A DNA stretch of 64,000 bases from an uncultured delta proteobacterium (GTDB lineage Bacteria; Myxococcota; Myxococcia; Myxococcales; Myxococcaceae). Both the position numbers and the translations under genes were made by a program. Below the pieces are notes generated by a model that was not told the DNA's origin, did no database searches, and worked only from the letters and a program-made list of their open reading frames with translations. The stretch lies in the NCBI GenBank assembly GCA_963796055.1, contig CAWCKH010000003.1, positions 448,001 to 512,000 on the forward strand, given 5' to 3'. Position 1 is the stretch's first letter; every line of letters begins with the position of its first letter. Positions 62,818-64,000 of the stretch are shown here, piece after piece.

Positions 62818-64000
62818 ACGACCGACCCCACCCACGACGACTCGCCTTCCTGCTCCTCGCCACCCTGGTCCCCGGCATCGCCGCGGGCGCGGGGGCAAGC
62901 GTGCTCGCCGGGGTCCAGACCGGGCTCCTCGCCGGCGGGCTGAGCTCGCTGGTCGCCTTCCTCATCGCCCTGGCCAGCGAGAGCGAGGCTGCGCGGGCGC
63001 TGGCCCGGGTGGAGACGTCCGCCGAGGCGCAACAGCGAACTCTGGCCGAGGAGCGCAACGGGGCGCTGCTCGAGGTGCAGACCCTGGCCGCGGCCATCGA
63101 GGGGATGGACGAGGGGATGTGGATCACCGACGCCAACGGCGTGGTGCTCCGGCACAACGAGGCCCTGCGCGCCATCCTCGGCACCGACCAGGAGCTGGTC
63201 GGGCAACGGCCGCTGTTCCTGGTGCGGCGCACCGACCTCCACGACGCCGTCATCCGGGCCTGCCGGGAGGGGGTCACCTCGAAGGTGGAGGTGTCGATGG
63301 ACGCGCCCCGGAGCAAGACGCTGGAGGTGCACATCGCCCCGCTGGGGGGCTCTCTGCCCGGGAGCTCGGCGGTGTTCCGCGACGTGACCGAGCGCAAGCG
63401 GCTGGAGCGGGTTCGGCAGGACTTCGTGGCCAACGTGAGCCACGAGCTGCGGACGCCCATCGCCGCCATCCTCGGGTACGCCGAGACGCTCCGCTCCGGC
63501 GCGCTGGCGGATACCAAGCACGCCCCGCAGATGGTGGAGATCATCCACCGCCAGTCAGAGCGGCTGGGAGAGCTGGTCTCGGACCTGCTCGAGCTCTCCC
63601 GGCTGGACGCCGGGGAGCGGCCGCTCTCCTCCGCCTCGGTCTCGCTGGCCGAGGTCGCGCGTCAGGCGAGCGAGGCGATGGAGCCCCGGGCCACCGGCAA
63701 GCGCCTGTCGGTCCAGCTCCGGGTTCCGGGGGATCTCACTGCCCGCGCCGACCCCAAGGCGCTGGAGCAGGTGCTCCTGAACCTCCTCGACAACGCCATC
63801 AAGTACACCCCCGAGGGGGGAACGGTGGAGCTCCTCGGGGAGCGGGTCGGGGACCGGGCGCAGCTGTCGGTGAAGGACACGGGGCTGGGCATCGAGAGCA
63901 AGCACCTCCCCCGGCTCTTCGAGCGGTTCTACCGGGCGGACCGGGGCCGGAGCCGGGACATGGGAGGTACGGGGCTCGGCCTGTCCATCGTCCGGCACCT
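62814..64000 (+). CDS. phoR: PhoR-like sensor histidine kinase (runs off the window end)
   Basis: Manual translation from GTG 62814: two TM segments, PAS domain, RQDFVANVSHELRTP, NLLDNAIKYTP, DTGLGI, RLFERFYRAD, GGTGLGLSIV. Confidence 0.9.
   Translation, partial: MNDRPHPRRLAFLLLATLVPGIAAGAGASVLAGVQTGLLAGGLSSLVAFLIALASESEAARALARVETSAEAQQRTLAEERNGALLEVQTLAAAIEGMDEGMWITDANGVVLRHNEALRAILGTDQELVGQRPLFLVRRTDLHDAVIRACREGVTSKVEVSMDAPRSKTLEVHIAPLGGSLPGSSAVFRDVTERKRLERVRQDFVANVSHELRTPIAAILGYAETLRSGALADTKHAPQMVEIIHRQSERLGELVSDLLELSRLDAGERPLSSASVSLAEVARQASEAMEPRATGKRLSVQLRVPGDLTARADPKALEQVLLNLLDNAIKYTPEGGTVELLGERVGDRAQLSVKDTGLGIESKHLPRLFERFYRADRGRSRDMGGTGLGLSIVRH

Overview
Very GC-rich bacterial chromosomal DNA. 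Gene content and order resemble Myxococcota (Myxococcaceae/Anaeromyxobacter-like). This taxonomic call is my inference. Most of the window is a housekeeping backbone, largely on the minus strand: bamA-lolD-lolC/E-lysS-prfB-lnt-ybeY-7TM/HD phosphodiesterase-phoH-DUF4388-TPR, then mazG, rpsT, lptE-leuS, asnS, an MCP-less che cluster, nusB-ribH-ribB(A)-ribE, ribD-nrdR-glyA, fabF-acpP-fabG-fabD-fabH-rpmF-yceD and phoB-phoR. Several accessory blocks interrupt it (9.1-10.2 kb, 12.8-15.2 kb, 26.2-36.8 kb, 43.9-50.2 kb, 53.2-56.7 kb), with no visible integrase, transposase, tRNA, rRNA or CRISPR. The strongest unexplained signal is a 25-codon leader ORF, not called as such in the ORF track, with seven consecutive Thr codons and a complete set of mutually exclusive hairpins. 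It precedes a short ThrRS that lacks the N-terminal editing domains and has a divergent anticodon-binding domain. Other notable items: a PheA split into CM-(half PDT)-ACT plus a stand-alone PDT; a DnaA-box-like cluster between mazG and rpsT; three +1 frameshifts that share a C/G 'both alleles' signature and are probably assembly artefacts; the classical prfB programmed frameshift; and a Pho-box-like repeat upstream of phoB. All calls come from reading the sequence. No database search or folding calculation was run.
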